Source: Candidatus Obscuribacteraceae bacterium (lineage in GTDB: Bacteria > Cyanobacteriota > Vampirovibrionia > Obscuribacterales > Obscuribacteraceae). From it: a stretch of 64,000 nucleotides of DNA. The position numbers were made by a program, and so were the translations under genes. The stretch is taken from NCBI GenBank assembly GCA_044226015.1, contig JBGAHS010000009.1, forward strand, positions 192,001 to 256,000. Direction: 5' to 3'. This document shows positions 48,432-58,500 of this stretch, piece by piece (position 1 is the stretch's first letter; each line of letters begins with the position of its first letter). The notes beneath the pieces were generated by a model. It was not told the origin of the DNA. It worked only from the letters and a program-made list of their open reading frames with translations, and made no database searches.

Positions 48432-48679
48432 CTGCTGACTGTGTTTTCTTACACTGTAGATGTCGTAAGTAATAAAACATAGTTTTAAATGCGTGGATGC
48501 CTATTATCTACGAAAGAACATTTGCATATAGTTGAATGGAATGTAGAGGAGCTACGTTTCAAGTTTTTTTCAATCAAGATCAATCAATATCTAGTCAGCA
48601 TTTTGAGGTCATAAAAGGAAGGGATTTTCGGAGTTTCTAACTCCGAAGATTAAATACGTGTTTGTACGTATTGAGATTT

Positions 48680-48695
48680 TAGACTGAACCGTCTA
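48680..48695. promoter_or_regulatory. Candidate TetR operator, copy 1
   Basis: TAGACTGAACCGTCTA (TAGAC-N6-GTCTA) 31 nt upstream of the 48727 start; matches the copy at 51110. Confidence 0.55.
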
Positions 48696-48726
48696 GTCTA
48701 AAGATACCAGCCCCGGAGATTCATAA

Positions 48727-50976
48727 ATGGACCACATTAAAGAAAGCAGAGATGAAAAGACTCAATCTGAGCCATCTCATTTGTCCCTAAATGCTCTTCT
48801 AGCACCGGAAAAATCCACCTCTCTGGCTTCAGATTTCGGTCGCTCATTCACACACAGCTTGCTTCAGTCGCCTCTTGAAGGTGTTGCTCAGCTTGTTGAC
48901 GGCAAGGCTAACGGTGCTACCCAGAAGGCAGTGCATTTTATGGATGCACCTGAACAAGCTAAATTCGGCACCTCCTCCTGGGTGGCACAGCAAGCAGGAA
49001 GCGGGCTCGGCGCAATTTTGCCGGTACTGCTCGTTCATAAAGGCGTTTCAACGGCTCTTGCTTCGAACTATGAAGCTAAGGCGAGCCTCGCAATGAGCGA
49101 GCATATGGGCGCTTTAACCAGCAAGCAGGCTTTGGGTGCAGGCTCCTTGAAAATGGCTGAAGCTGGACTGACCGGTATGGTCTATTCTGGAGTGCTTACT
49201 CCGGCTAAGGATAATGATCATTTCTGGCAACAACGTCTGCACAACACTGCTGTCGGTGGCTTGACTTTCGCTACTCTGTCTGGAGCAGGGCTAGGCATGA
49301 AAGGCTTGGGTGAGAGAACGGCCCAATCACTGCCTGCTTTATCGAAAGTCATGAAAAATGAAATTGCCGCAGGTGCTCTATCAGGTATTCCAGCCGGTAT
49401 CGTTGCTGCCAATGCAGATTCACTGCTTTCTGGAAAAGGTCTGGCTACAAAAGAGCAAAATTTCCAATCGGTAGCGACCTTTTCACTTACTGGTGCCGGT
49501 TTTGCTTACGGCAAAGCAAAGCTGGGTGAGACGCGCCCGGAAGAGCGCAGCACAAAAGCCCCTGAGCAGTTTGCCAAAGCCGGCGTAGATGTTGACGGAC
49601 GACCTTTGCACAAGAGCCAACGAGCTGAGGTCTCTCAAAAATGGACAAATTACTCACCTGAAGAATTAGGGCGTGCTCGTTCGCAAACATTGAAGGAGCT
49701 TGGTGAAATCAAAGCACTCGAAGAGGGTAAGAGTGTTCTTGCACAGTTTAAGGACTCAGGTCTTTCAATCAGTCAAAAATATCGTGTTTTGAATTCACTT
49801 GCTGAAGTAAGAGAACATTTCGTCAATCAGCGCGTGAATGGGTCCATTGAGCCTGATCAACAAGGAAATTGGATTCACACCCAAGGTGAATTTGGACGAG
49901 TAATCGACGCCAGCAAGGCCGGCAAACTATCTGCAGTGCAAACTGAAGACGCTTTGCTTTCTTCCATGTTCGCGGATGCAGTAAAGAGCAAAGCTAATTT
50001 CTTTACTCATCATATGGATGGTGCTCTTGCCGCTGACCATGTTCTATCCAAAGAATTTGGTGCCGGTTTCGGAAGAGAGAGATTGAACGGTGTGGTGAAC
50101 GCGGTGAAGGAGCATCAGATTGGACCTCCCGAATTCATGTCGAACCTCTATGCTAACCGAATTAGGACAGCATTGGGCAATAATATGACGCCTGAATTAG
50201 AGGCTACTCTATCTTCTTTGCAGAAGAAAATTGCGGATCCATTCAATCCTTCAAATCGAACAGTTAGAACCGCGGATGGTGCCAGTGTGCTGAAGATTTC
50301 CCCGCAGGAAAAACAGCTTTTGCAGATCACAGGAGTACCCGAATGGTACGTTCCAGAAAAATCGAACGCCTGGAACAAGTCTTCCCGTGCTGTTATCGAT
50401 GGCGATACCATGGACAATTATTACACCCCAGGTGGCATTGGTAAGATAACAGGGCTTGGTGGTCCAGAATCGGACAAGTGGTTTATGACAAAGCAGATAG
50501 ACGGCGGTGCTGGCACTATCGATCGCTCTACTAATATTGGATCAGCAAGAAATAGTGCCCGTGATGCTGGAAGTCTCCTCACGCCAGAAAGCAAAGCTCT
50601 TGCTGGAAATGGATTAGCTCAAACCGAAGCGGCAATCGAGTCAGCCAAAGGTAAAGTTGCGGAATGGCTTAAGACGGAAAAGGGAATCGACACAGCCAAG
50701 CAAAATGTTCCTTTCTTTAACTCAGATTTGAAATATCCTCAGTTTGGCGAAGCCGACGCGCAATGGTGGAACATTCACCGAACTGCAGCTGATAAGCGCA
50801 GTGCTGAGCAGCAGTCATTCTATGACAGCCACAGATTTGATGGTCTGAATCAAGCAGAACAAAATAGCTTTCTTCTTGCCAAAGACATCAGAAATAAGGT
50901 CGCCGACAATCTCCGAGCAGCTCAGAGAATAGATGGGCAGCAAGCTCCGCAATATCAACCCTCGACTCGACGTTAG
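48727..50976 (+). CDS. Hypothetical protein: Gly/Ala-rich multi-helix N-terminal module plus HD-like C-terminal domain
   Basis: 749-aa ORF with GGAG RBS; several GxxxG hydrophobic helices; WIHT...SSMFADAVK...HH.DGA..A...EH...DGD.MD. Confidence 0.75.
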   Translation: MDHIKESRDEKTQSEPSHLSLNALLAPEKSTSLASDFGRSFTHSLLQSPLEGVAQLVDGKANGATQKAVHFMDAPEQAKFGTSSWVAQQAGSGLGAILPVLLVHKGVSTALASNYEAKASLAMSEHMGALTSKQALGAGSLKMAEAGLTGMVYSGVLTPAKDNDHFWQQRLHNTAVGGLTFATLSGAGLGMKGLGERTAQSLPALSKVMKNEIAAGALSGIPAGIVAANADSLLSGKGLATKEQNFQSVATFSLTGAGFAYGKAKLGETRPEERSTKAPEQFAKAGVDVDGRPLHKSQRAEVSQKWTNYSPEELGRARSQTLKELGEIKALEEGKSVLAQFKDSGLSISQKYRVLNSLAEVREHFVNQRVNGSIEPDQQGNWIHTQGEFGRVIDASKAGKLSAVQTEDALLSSMFADAVKSKANFFTHHMDGALAADHVLSKEFGAGFGRERLNGVVNAVKEHQIGPPEFMSNLYANRIRTALGNNMTPELEATLSSLQKKIADPFNPSNRTVRTADGASVLKISPQEKQLLQITGVPEWYVPEKSNAWNKSSRAVIDGDTMDNYYTPGGIGKITGLGGPESDKWFMTKQIDGGAGTIDRSTNIGSARNSARDAGSLLTPESKALAGNGLAQTEAAIESAKGKVAEWLKTEKGIDTAKQNVPFFNSDLKYPQFGEADAQWWNIHRTAADKRSAEQQSFYDSHRFDGLNQAEQNSFLLAKDIRNKVADNLRAAQRIDGQQAPQYQPSTRR

Positions 50977-51053
50977 TGTGTCTGCCTCGATAACAGACAT
51001 GTCAGATTGAGAACTCTCACTTTTGCAGCGTGGGTAAGTTCACTAGTTCGAGA

Positions 51054-51088
51054 GGTGCACGTGCAAGATTGCTCCTTGTACGTGCACC
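51054..51088 (+). terminator. Long hairpin between the 749-aa gene and tetR (possible terminator)
   Basis: GGTGCACGTGCAAG-attgctc-CTTGTACGTGCACC, 14 bp with one G-U pair, followed by AAATTTTT. Confidence 0.5.
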
Positions 51089-51109
51089 AAATTTTTGACA
51101 ATTATATGC

Positions 51110-51125
51110 TAGACTGGGTGGTCTA
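51110..51125. promoter_or_regulatory. Candidate TetR operator, copy 2 (autoregulatory position)
   Basis: TAGACTGGGTGGTCTA ending 2 nt before the tetR ATG; overlaps a TGcTAGACT extended -10 candidate. Confidence 0.6.
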
Positions 51126-51126
51126 A

Positions 51127-52452
51127 ATGTCTCTGAAACCTTCTCTCATAAGCTCATTCGCCATATCAGTTCAGGAGCAAAAGTTGGACAAGCGCACAAA
51201 AATACTTGATGCCGCTGCCAGCTCTTTTCTGCGAAAAGGCTTTGCTGAAACAAGCATTGATGACATAGTGGAGGAGAGCGGTGTCGTTAAACAGACCATC
51301 TACAACTATTTTGAAAACAAAGAAGCTCTTTTTCTTGCTGTAGTAGATTTTTTACTAGCCAAGAATGCCGGTGAACCTTTTTTACCTGAGCTGCATAACC
51401 TTGCTCCAAAAGAATTCTTCGAAAAGATGGGTAAGCAGTTAATCAAGGCGATTACTGAGCCTTCGATGCGTGATTTCTTAAGCTTGATCGTCCAAGAATG
51501 CAGGCGCTTTCCAGTGCTGCAGCAAATTTATGCAGAAAAGATTCCACGTCCATTTGTTGATGCGATTAAATCTTATATTCTTTCGCGAAATGCGAGTCTT
51601 TCAGATGATTATGCTGAGACTCTGTCGTGGGCTTTTCGACTCACAATAACTGGATTTGCAACGCTCTCCAATTTGGCTAGCTTACTACCCTATCCTATTC
51701 CTAATAGAAGTCGATACCTGCAAACTGCAGCAAGCTCTTATGCAGCGGTGCTGGCGCTGCCAGGACCCGAGCCGTCAGTGCCAAAGTCTTTGCCGGAAAT
51801 TGATAATAGCTCATCTGTTTTACCCGATGAGCTAGCTGATATCTGCGAGTTTTTCAAATCACAAAAAGACGCGCTTGGCGAAAAGAAGATGTTGATTATG
51901 CAAGCTGCAATCAGATTGCTTTCGACTAAGGGTCTTGCTGATACCAGCATGGAAGAGATTGCTGTACAAGCCAAGGTTTCAAAGCAAACCGTTTACAAAC
52001 ACTTTCGAAGCAAGAGTTTTCTCTACTCGTTTTTATGTAAATCAATCAGTTCAGAATTGTTCTCGCTGAAACTGACCGAAGAAGAGCTTGCTAGCAGTGA
52101 TTACTTAATGCTGTTTTTTAGTAAGTTGTCGGGAGTTTCTTCCCAGTGCTGGGTTAGGGAATATTTGCGCATGCTTTTCGGCGAAGCCAAAAGCTTCCCT
52201 GCTGAAGCCGGAATGATGTTGCTCTTTATTATCGAACATGGCAGAGAGCAAATTGAGTCAAAACTCAAAAGCATTCTGGCTGGCTCAGATGCAGATGTGG
52301 AATCTGTCTCCGTAATGCTCAGGTGCACCATGGGCAGTTTCATTCTATTGAACCAAATATTTGTGGTTGCAGAGAATCAATTTCTGACGACAGATTCACT
52401 GCTTACAATATTGGCAGAGCTCGTCAAAGAGATAAGAAAAAACGAAGCTTGA
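51127..52452 (+). CDS. Tandem (double) TetR/AcrR-family regulator
   Basis: Two HTHs: ILDAAASSFLRKGFAETSIDDIVEESGVVKQTIYNYFENKEALF and IMQAAIRLLSTKGLADTSMEEIAVQAKVSKQTVYKHFRSKSFLY, each followed by a helical C-domain. Confidence 0.92.
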   Translation: MSLKPSLISSFAISVQEQKLDKRTKILDAAASSFLRKGFAETSIDDIVEESGVVKQTIYNYFENKEALFLAVVDFLLAKNAGEPFLPELHNLAPKEFFEKMGKQLIKAITEPSMRDFLSLIVQECRRFPVLQQIYAEKIPRPFVDAIKSYILSRNASLSDDYAETLSWAFRLTITGFATLSNLASLLPYPIPNRSRYLQTAASSYAAVLALPGPEPSVPKSLPEIDNSSSVLPDELADICEFFKSQKDALGEKKMLIMQAAIRLLSTKGLADTSMEEIAVQAKVSKQTVYKHFRSKSFLYSFLCKSISSELFSLKLTEEELASSDYLMLFFSKLSGVSSQCWVREYLRMLFGEAKSFPAEAGMMLLFIIEHGREQIESKLKSILAGSDADVESVSVMLRCTMGSFILLNQIFVVAENQFLTTDSLLTILAELVKEIRKNEA

Positions 52453-52453
52453 A

Positions 52454-52930
52454 TTACTCTTGCTCAAGTTCCGGCGTGAGATCCATTATGCCCGGAGTTG
52501 CTGTGGGGTCATCTGCTCTAACCAGGCACAGGCTTATTGGGCATTTGTCTACTAGGTAATGCACCACAGGATCTCTGCTCATGTAAAATCGAGGCTTCTG
52601 ATGCAAGTTGGTTGTTCCAACAAATAGCAGATTTACACCCAGTTCGATTGCCGCTTTGACTATGCCTGGAGCTACTTCACCAACGCGAAGTTCGCCTCTG
52701 GCATTGATGCCTTTTTCTTTTAGTTTTGCGACCATCATGTCGATTTGCTTTTGCGCTTTTCCTTGCGGGCGATCACTCGCGATCAACTGCGCAATAACAC
52801 CGACTTTTTCTGCATCAGGAAGAACTCTGACAAGAATCAACTCTGCACCAACAGCTAGCGCATGGCGCGCAGCGACTGTCACTACCGGAGATGAACGCTT
52901 AGGGCTGCTAAAAGCCACCATGAATTTCAT
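52454..52930 (-). CDS. Universal stress protein (UspA family)
   Basis: KFMVAFSSPKRS, ELILVRV, GEVAPGIVKAAIELGVNLLFVGT, LVDKCPISLCLV; AGGAG RBS. Confidence 0.85.
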   Translation of the reverse strand: MKFMVAFSSPKRSSPVVTVAARHALAVGAELILVRVLPDAEKVGVIAQLIASDRPQGKAQKQIDMMVAKLKEKGINARGELRVGEVAPGIVKAAIELGVNLLFVGTTNLHQKPRFYMSRDPVVHYLVDKCPISLCLVRADDPTATPGIMDLTPELEQE

Positions 52931-52939
52931 AGTCGTCTC

Positions 52940-53974
52940 CTACGCGTGCCAGACAAATCTGAGGATAGCATAAGTGATGGCAGCAAATGTTGCTGCTACT
53001 GGAAGCGTGAGCACCCAGGCCAGCACAATCAAGCGCATTGTTGTAGCATTCAATTTTTTTGCGCCATAAACGGGTATAGTGCCGCCCGCAACAGCTGAGC
53101 TAAGAGTGTGAGTGGTACTTATCGGAGCACCAACGTGCGAGGCGATCAAAATGATGAGCGCCGTGCTCATTGATGCACCAAAACCTTGTGAGTGGGTGAG
53201 CTTCTCTCTGCTAATTTTGGTGCCAACCGTGCGAATGACTTTCCACCCGCCAATCATTGTGCCAAGTGCAATTGCAAGTGCTGCAGATACCATAACCCAC
53301 AATGGAACTTCAGTTGCGCTAAAACCGTATTGAGCAAAATGGGTAGCTAAAATCAGAGTTATGATGCCCATTGTTTTTTGCCCATCGTTGCTTCCATGAC
53401 TGAAACTGACCGATGCGCTGGAGAGGACGTGTAACCACCTCATGATTTTTGAGTGGGGCTGGTCGCCGCTGCTGCCCTCGTGTTCTTTTTCGCCTGAAAT
53501 CTTGAGCGCTGCCCAAGTGAATGCAGCCCCGGAGAGGAATCCGACCACTGGAGAGATGAGTAATCCCATACCAACATGCTGCAGTTCTGCCCAGCTAATT
53601 CCGTTGAATCCATGAGCTGCTACGCCGGCACCTGTCAGAGCACCAATAAGGCAATGCGATGAGCTGACGGGAAGTCCTTTCCACCAGGTTAAGAGATTCC
53701 AGAAAACAGATGCTAATAGAACGCTGACTATCAGTGGAAGTGAAACCTGGTCTGCAGGAATAATCTTAGTGATCACCATGGCAACTGCAGTGCCAACCAT
53801 CACGCAGCCGAGGAAATTCAAAATTCCAGCCATAACTATTGCTACGCCTGGTTTTAGAGCCTTTGTATATATTACCGTAGCAACTGCGTTTGCCGTGTCA
53901 TGGAAACCATTCACAAAATCAAAGCCAAGTGCCAGAAGGATGGCGATGACAGCGATTGTGGTATCGGCGTTCAT
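52940..53974 (-). CDS. pit: Inorganic phosphate transporter, PiT family
   Basis: FDFVNGFHDTANAVAT, GLPVSSSH, SHGSNDGQKTMG, GGWKVIRTVG, PISTTH, AWVLTLP. Confidence 0.95.
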   Translation of the reverse strand: MNADTTIAVIAILLALGFDFVNGFHDTANAVATVIYTKALKPGVAIVMAGILNFLGCVMVGTAVAMVITKIIPADQVSLPLIVSVLLASVFWNLLTWWKGLPVSSSHCLIGALTGAGVAAHGFNGISWAELQHVGMGLLISPVVGFLSGAAFTWAALKISGEKEHEGSSGDQPHSKIMRWLHVLSSASVSFSHGSNDGQKTMGIITLILATHFAQYGFSATEVPLWVMVSAALAIALGTMIGGWKVIRTVGTKISREKLTHSQGFGASMSTALIILIASHVGAPISTTHTLSSAVAGGTIPVYGAKKLNATTMRLIVLAWVLTLPVAATFAAITYAILRFVWHA

Positions 53975-54072
53975 TGGATTTGGAAAAACTCCAGCACTAA
54001 CTTATAGCGGGAATATAACCGCTTATCGGTTAAGGAGTCCCTATGGAGTTTGCTCTTTCATAATTCTTGATA

Positions 54073-54387
54073 CTAGACTCTGACGAGACCTAGTGCTTCA
54101 ACCGGTTGCAGCGAATCCTCGTCTGTATAGACCCAGAGATCGCCCTGTCGCCATGGTAGCGGTTTTCTTAACAGATACTTATAAACAAGGAGCTGCTGAA
54201 TAATCCGCTGGGCGCTGGGGTTATTTTCTCCGCGCCTATCGTTTGCCAGGCGCGTGCGCAGCTGAATCGCTTCGCGTTTTGTCCAGCAGTATGCTGGTCC
54301 GGGATTGTTTCCCTTAGACCTGCATAAAACAGCTACTTTTCCCGATGCCTGGGGCAGTCCCAGAACAAAATATGCTTCGTCAGCCAT
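54073..54387 (-). CDS. Hypothetical protein (104 aa)
   Basis: AAGGA RBS; clean ORF co-oriented with pit. Confidence 0.6.
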   Translation of the reverse strand: MADEAYFVLGLPQASGKVAVLCRSKGNNPGPAYCWTKREAIQLRTRLANDRRGENNPSAQRIIQQLLVYKYLLRKPLPWRQGDLWVYTDEDSLQPVEALGLVRV

Positions 54388-54595
54388 ATGTTTAAATGTG
54401 CTTCCTTGTCTTTTGGCTACAGATAATCAAGCAAAATGCGGCCGACTCAATTATCATATGATTGTGCAAGCTTGGCAAATGAACTGCTTATATGACTTGG
54501 ATATTAGATAAATTCAAGTAATGAGCCACCACCACTAGTGGTGTGTATACAAGTTTGCTTAGCAATGCATCGAGAGTATTTACCAGACAGAATTT

Positions 54596-55555
54596 ATGAA
54601 AAGCATTGTAATTTACCATACGGCTGCAATCGGCGACTCCATTTTGGCTTTGCCTGTTAGTTTGATGCTGAAAAAGGCGTTTCCAGACGCACGAATAAAC
54701 TATATCGCTCATGAGTCGATCGTAGCTCTGTTGTCGCTGTGTCCGAGTATTGATGGATTCATTCCATATACAGATCAGCCTGTACTCGAACTTCGTAAAG
54801 CGATTCAGGAGCTTCATCCTGATTTGATAGTTGACCTTAGCAACTCGATGAAAAGCATTTCTCAAACAGTGTTTTTGGCAAAAAATATTGTTCGCTACAA
54901 GAAAGATCCGGCAATCCATGCTGTTGATAACTTTCTTGGAACGATTGCTTCAATTTGTGAAACGAGTGCAGAGAATTATTTTCCATGCATGTTTCCTCCA
55001 GAAGATATGAAGGAAAAAATGCGCAAGATTCTGCCGCAAGAAGGTCGCAGATATCTCGCGCTTGTTCCAGGCGTTGGAACTCTTCGACCGCATCGCGCAT
55101 GGCCGGAGGACAACTGGGTTGCTTTAGCAAAGCATATACTTTGGGAAAAGGATCACTCTATAGTCTTGATTGGTGGACCTGATGAGAGAACTCTCTGCTC
55201 TCGAATTGCTGAGAAAATTGGAGAGAACTGTTATAACTTTGCAGGCAAGTTAAGCCTAGTTGAAACAGCTACAGTTTTCAGCATGTGTGATGGCACCGTA
55301 GCTAGTGACACTGGACCGGCGCATCTCTCGATAGCCTGCGATACTCCTGTCGTTGGACTATATGGTCCCACTCTCATGGAACGGAGCGGTCCATATGGAT
55401 GTGATGGTCTAACTCTTACGGTATCTGACAAATGCAAGTGTTTGAATCGCAAGACTTGCTCTCTTCAAGAAGGGTCTGGATTCTGCATGAAGGAAATTCC
55501 GATGAAGCTTGTTTACGGAAACCTCAGCCAGATCTTCCCCTGGAATAGAGTTTAG
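54596..55555 (+). CDS. Glycosyltransferase family 9 (LPS heptosyltransferase-like)
   Basis: AIGDSILALP..LKKAFPDARI, RAWP, GGPDE, AGKLSL, SDTGPAHL, VGLYGPT, C-terminal Cys cluster. Confidence 0.92.
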   Translation: MKSIVIYHTAAIGDSILALPVSLMLKKAFPDARINYIAHESIVALLSLCPSIDGFIPYTDQPVLELRKAIQELHPDLIVDLSNSMKSISQTVFLAKNIVRYKKDPAIHAVDNFLGTIASICETSAENYFPCMFPPEDMKEKMRKILPQEGRRYLALVPGVGTLRPHRAWPEDNWVALAKHILWEKDHSIVLIGGPDERTLCSRIAEKIGENCYNFAGKLSLVETATVFSMCDGTVASDTGPAHLSIACDTPVVGLYGPTLMERSGPYGCDGLTLTVSDKCKCLNRKTCSLQEGSGFCMKEIPMKLVYGNLSQIFPWNRV

Positions 55556-55566
55556 AGTTTAGTTTC

Positions 55567-58500
55567 CTATTTGATAACAGGTACTGTGTGGACGACATTT
55601 CTGAGATCTGCACTTTCGAATTCAGCCACGTACGATCTCCAATTGCGAGAAAGGTCTTTTACAGCCATTTCTCTGACGATTGAATTTGGAATGTGCAACT
55701 GGAAGGTCTTTCGTCCACCATTCTGCTTATGCAGATAGCGAAAAGCTTTGCTCGCGCTGCTCTGGTAGTAAGCAATAGTTTGCCATTCTGCATTGTATTG
55801 GCGTTCGAGCCTGGCGTGAAAAACTTCTTCGTCATCTCTGTCACAAGTATATTCAATAACTATTCTCGTATCAGTCGAAAGAATCTTGATATCGAGGTTG
55901 TCTTCTGCCACCAGTGGCAACTCAACGTCCTTTGATTGGAAGTAGATCTTCGAGTCGTTTTTATTGTTGTGTTCTGCAATATCTTTCAGCTTGTTCAGGA
56001 ATTGCTCTATCTCTTTCCACTCGCCGGTCGAATATTGTTCGTTCGGTGAAAATGTAGGACGCGATTTCTTTTTTCTTCTCTCAAGCGGCGTAAAGTCAAT
56101 TGCTGTCTCTTTGCTTGATTCTGTGCTCTGATTCTTGCTAACAACTTCTTCTATTGTTCGGCTAATCGTTTGAATCAGTTCATCAGCTTCCTGCCAGACG
56201 TTATTTTTATCTCCGCGCTTTGCTACGAGGACTTTGTTGTTTGAACCTTTGCCGAAGTAAAGCCCAGCGAACACTTTCATTTCTTTTGAAGTAGGCAGCC
56301 AGATTATTTGTCCTACTTTGAGCACTAGCTCGCGCTGTCCATTTCTTGATTGATATTTGAGCTGTCCCCTATTGACCATTTCGATCAACTGGTCAAATCT
56401 GGAGTCTCCCAAAATTGATTTTGCAATGGATTGAAGTGTGTCGCCTTCCTTTACTACATATTTTTTTCTTGACTCATTTTCATTGGACGATTTGTCTTCT
56501 GAGTCTTGGTTTTCGTCAAGATCTACATCCGTTTTCTTCTTTCCAGCCAGGATGAGATTGAGTATTTCGTCATCGTGATCGGAATTTTGTTCAAGGATGT
56601 CCTTTTTGTCCTCGTCATCACTATCATCTTCTTGTTCGTCGTCAAGAGAGTCAGCGTCGTTCTTATCGGTCAGGTCCTGAACCTTTCGTCCATCTGGTTG
56701 GGCATCGGAACCTTTCAATCCACCTTTCTTATCATCTTTGTTATCTAGTTCTTCATTGGCACCGGTTTTAATACCAGTTGATGGATCGATCTTTCCTGCT
56801 TTGTTTCCAATCAGGGTTGATTCATCAACTTTGGACGCATCTCCCTTCGTTTTGCCGGTTCCAAGGTCTACAATCTTTCCGCTGTCAATTGCGGTTTTGC
56901 CATCAAGAGGCAAAATTCCTTTTACGTCAATCGGAGTACCTTTGATGCTTGTAGGGTCAAGCTGTCTGCTGGCTGCGATTAAGTCTTTGAGTGAGATCGC
57001 TTCGCCCGAATTCAATTTTGATGACTTGTTTCCGGCATCTACATTAATGTTCCTTGCAGCATCACCGAGTGAAGCCCGTTTCAATTCTGATGCGATTTCG
57101 TTAATTCGCATGATTGGGTTTTGAAACAACGGCAATTCGGTTTTGCTCAAAGAAGTTTGAGCTGCAGAAACTGTTCTGATTTCGCTGGAGTTGTTTGCTT
57201 TATCGCCGACCGAAGCAACAATGTTTGAGAGCTTGTTTTCTACAACACTTTCGATTTTATTGATGAGCTGCGCGATAGGATTCTTATGCTCCTTGTCTGC
57301 AGCGGCCATCTCATACTTTTCATTTGAGGGCGTGATGGCTTTGCTGACGACTTGTGGTGTATCGTCTTTCTCGATTTTCGGTGCTGCTGGAACTGAATTA
57401 GCGAAGAGTTGTTGGAGCAGTCGTTCGTGCTCGAGAGATTTATCCTCGTCTTTTTTCTTGTTTTCTGAGACTGGCTCAGCTTTCGACTCAAGGGGTCTGA
57501 TGTCTTTTTTGAATTCTTGAGTGTTTACTTCGGTTTTGAACTCCTGCGGTCTTGTTTCGCTGAGTCTAGTTTCTATCGCTTTTGCTCCGAGGTCTTTTGG
57601 TTCCGCCGTTAATTTTTCTGTATTTCTAGGTTCAGGAGACTTAACCGTATCGGAAATTCTATTATCTAAACGAGATGACTGATCCTTGTTTAGTGCTGAT
57701 ACAACGTCAGCGACTTTTCCTGAATCTTTCGGGTTTTGCGGGTTTTGGCTATTGTCCAGCAAAGTGCTAAGGAGAGTTCGGTCTTCAGGACCCTTGCCTT
57801 TTTCAGGAGCTGGCAAGATGCCGATTTCCTTTCCTTTGGGATCTGCAGCAGGATCTCCACCAGGGTGAGATTTGCTCTCTGCAGGTACCGCTTCAGCAAG
57901 TGGTTTTGTTGTGTTAGCCAATCCATGCAAGATGCCACTACCAATAGTGTCTCCCGGAGAAGGTACTCTTTCCTTAGTCTGTTGTCCACCTATATCTGAG
58001 TCCTTGCGATTGGGCTGGGGTTCTGGAGATCCTGAACCTTGTGAATTAATTCTAGGTACGGATGGTTCTATAGCTTTGTCCGGCAGAGCCTTCACAACAT
58101 TGGGTTGCTTAGAATCAGCATGGATATCCGAATTCGATGGCACTATTTTTTGATCAGATGCAACAAGATCTTGCATCCCACCCTTTTCAGAATTCAGCAG
58201 CTTTTTTATTCCTGGAATTGTTTCCGTGGCTTCGCCTTTGGCGGGTGAGGCGTCAGGAATCACGTCCTTGGGGGCGTCCTTGTGTTGAGGCTGATTTATT
58301 AATTGAGATAGCGGGGGTGCTGTAGATGATTCTGAGTCTTCATTTCTTGGCTTGTTTTCTTTTTCGACTTTTGGTACTGCAGGTGGCAGAACGGCGTCTG
58401 CCTGAGTTCCTGATGGCTGCTCGTGGTTCTGAGCTTGTTGATTTATGTGCTTCTCGCCCTCTGCTTCTGGAGCGCGCTTGGCGGCATGCGGTAACAGACT

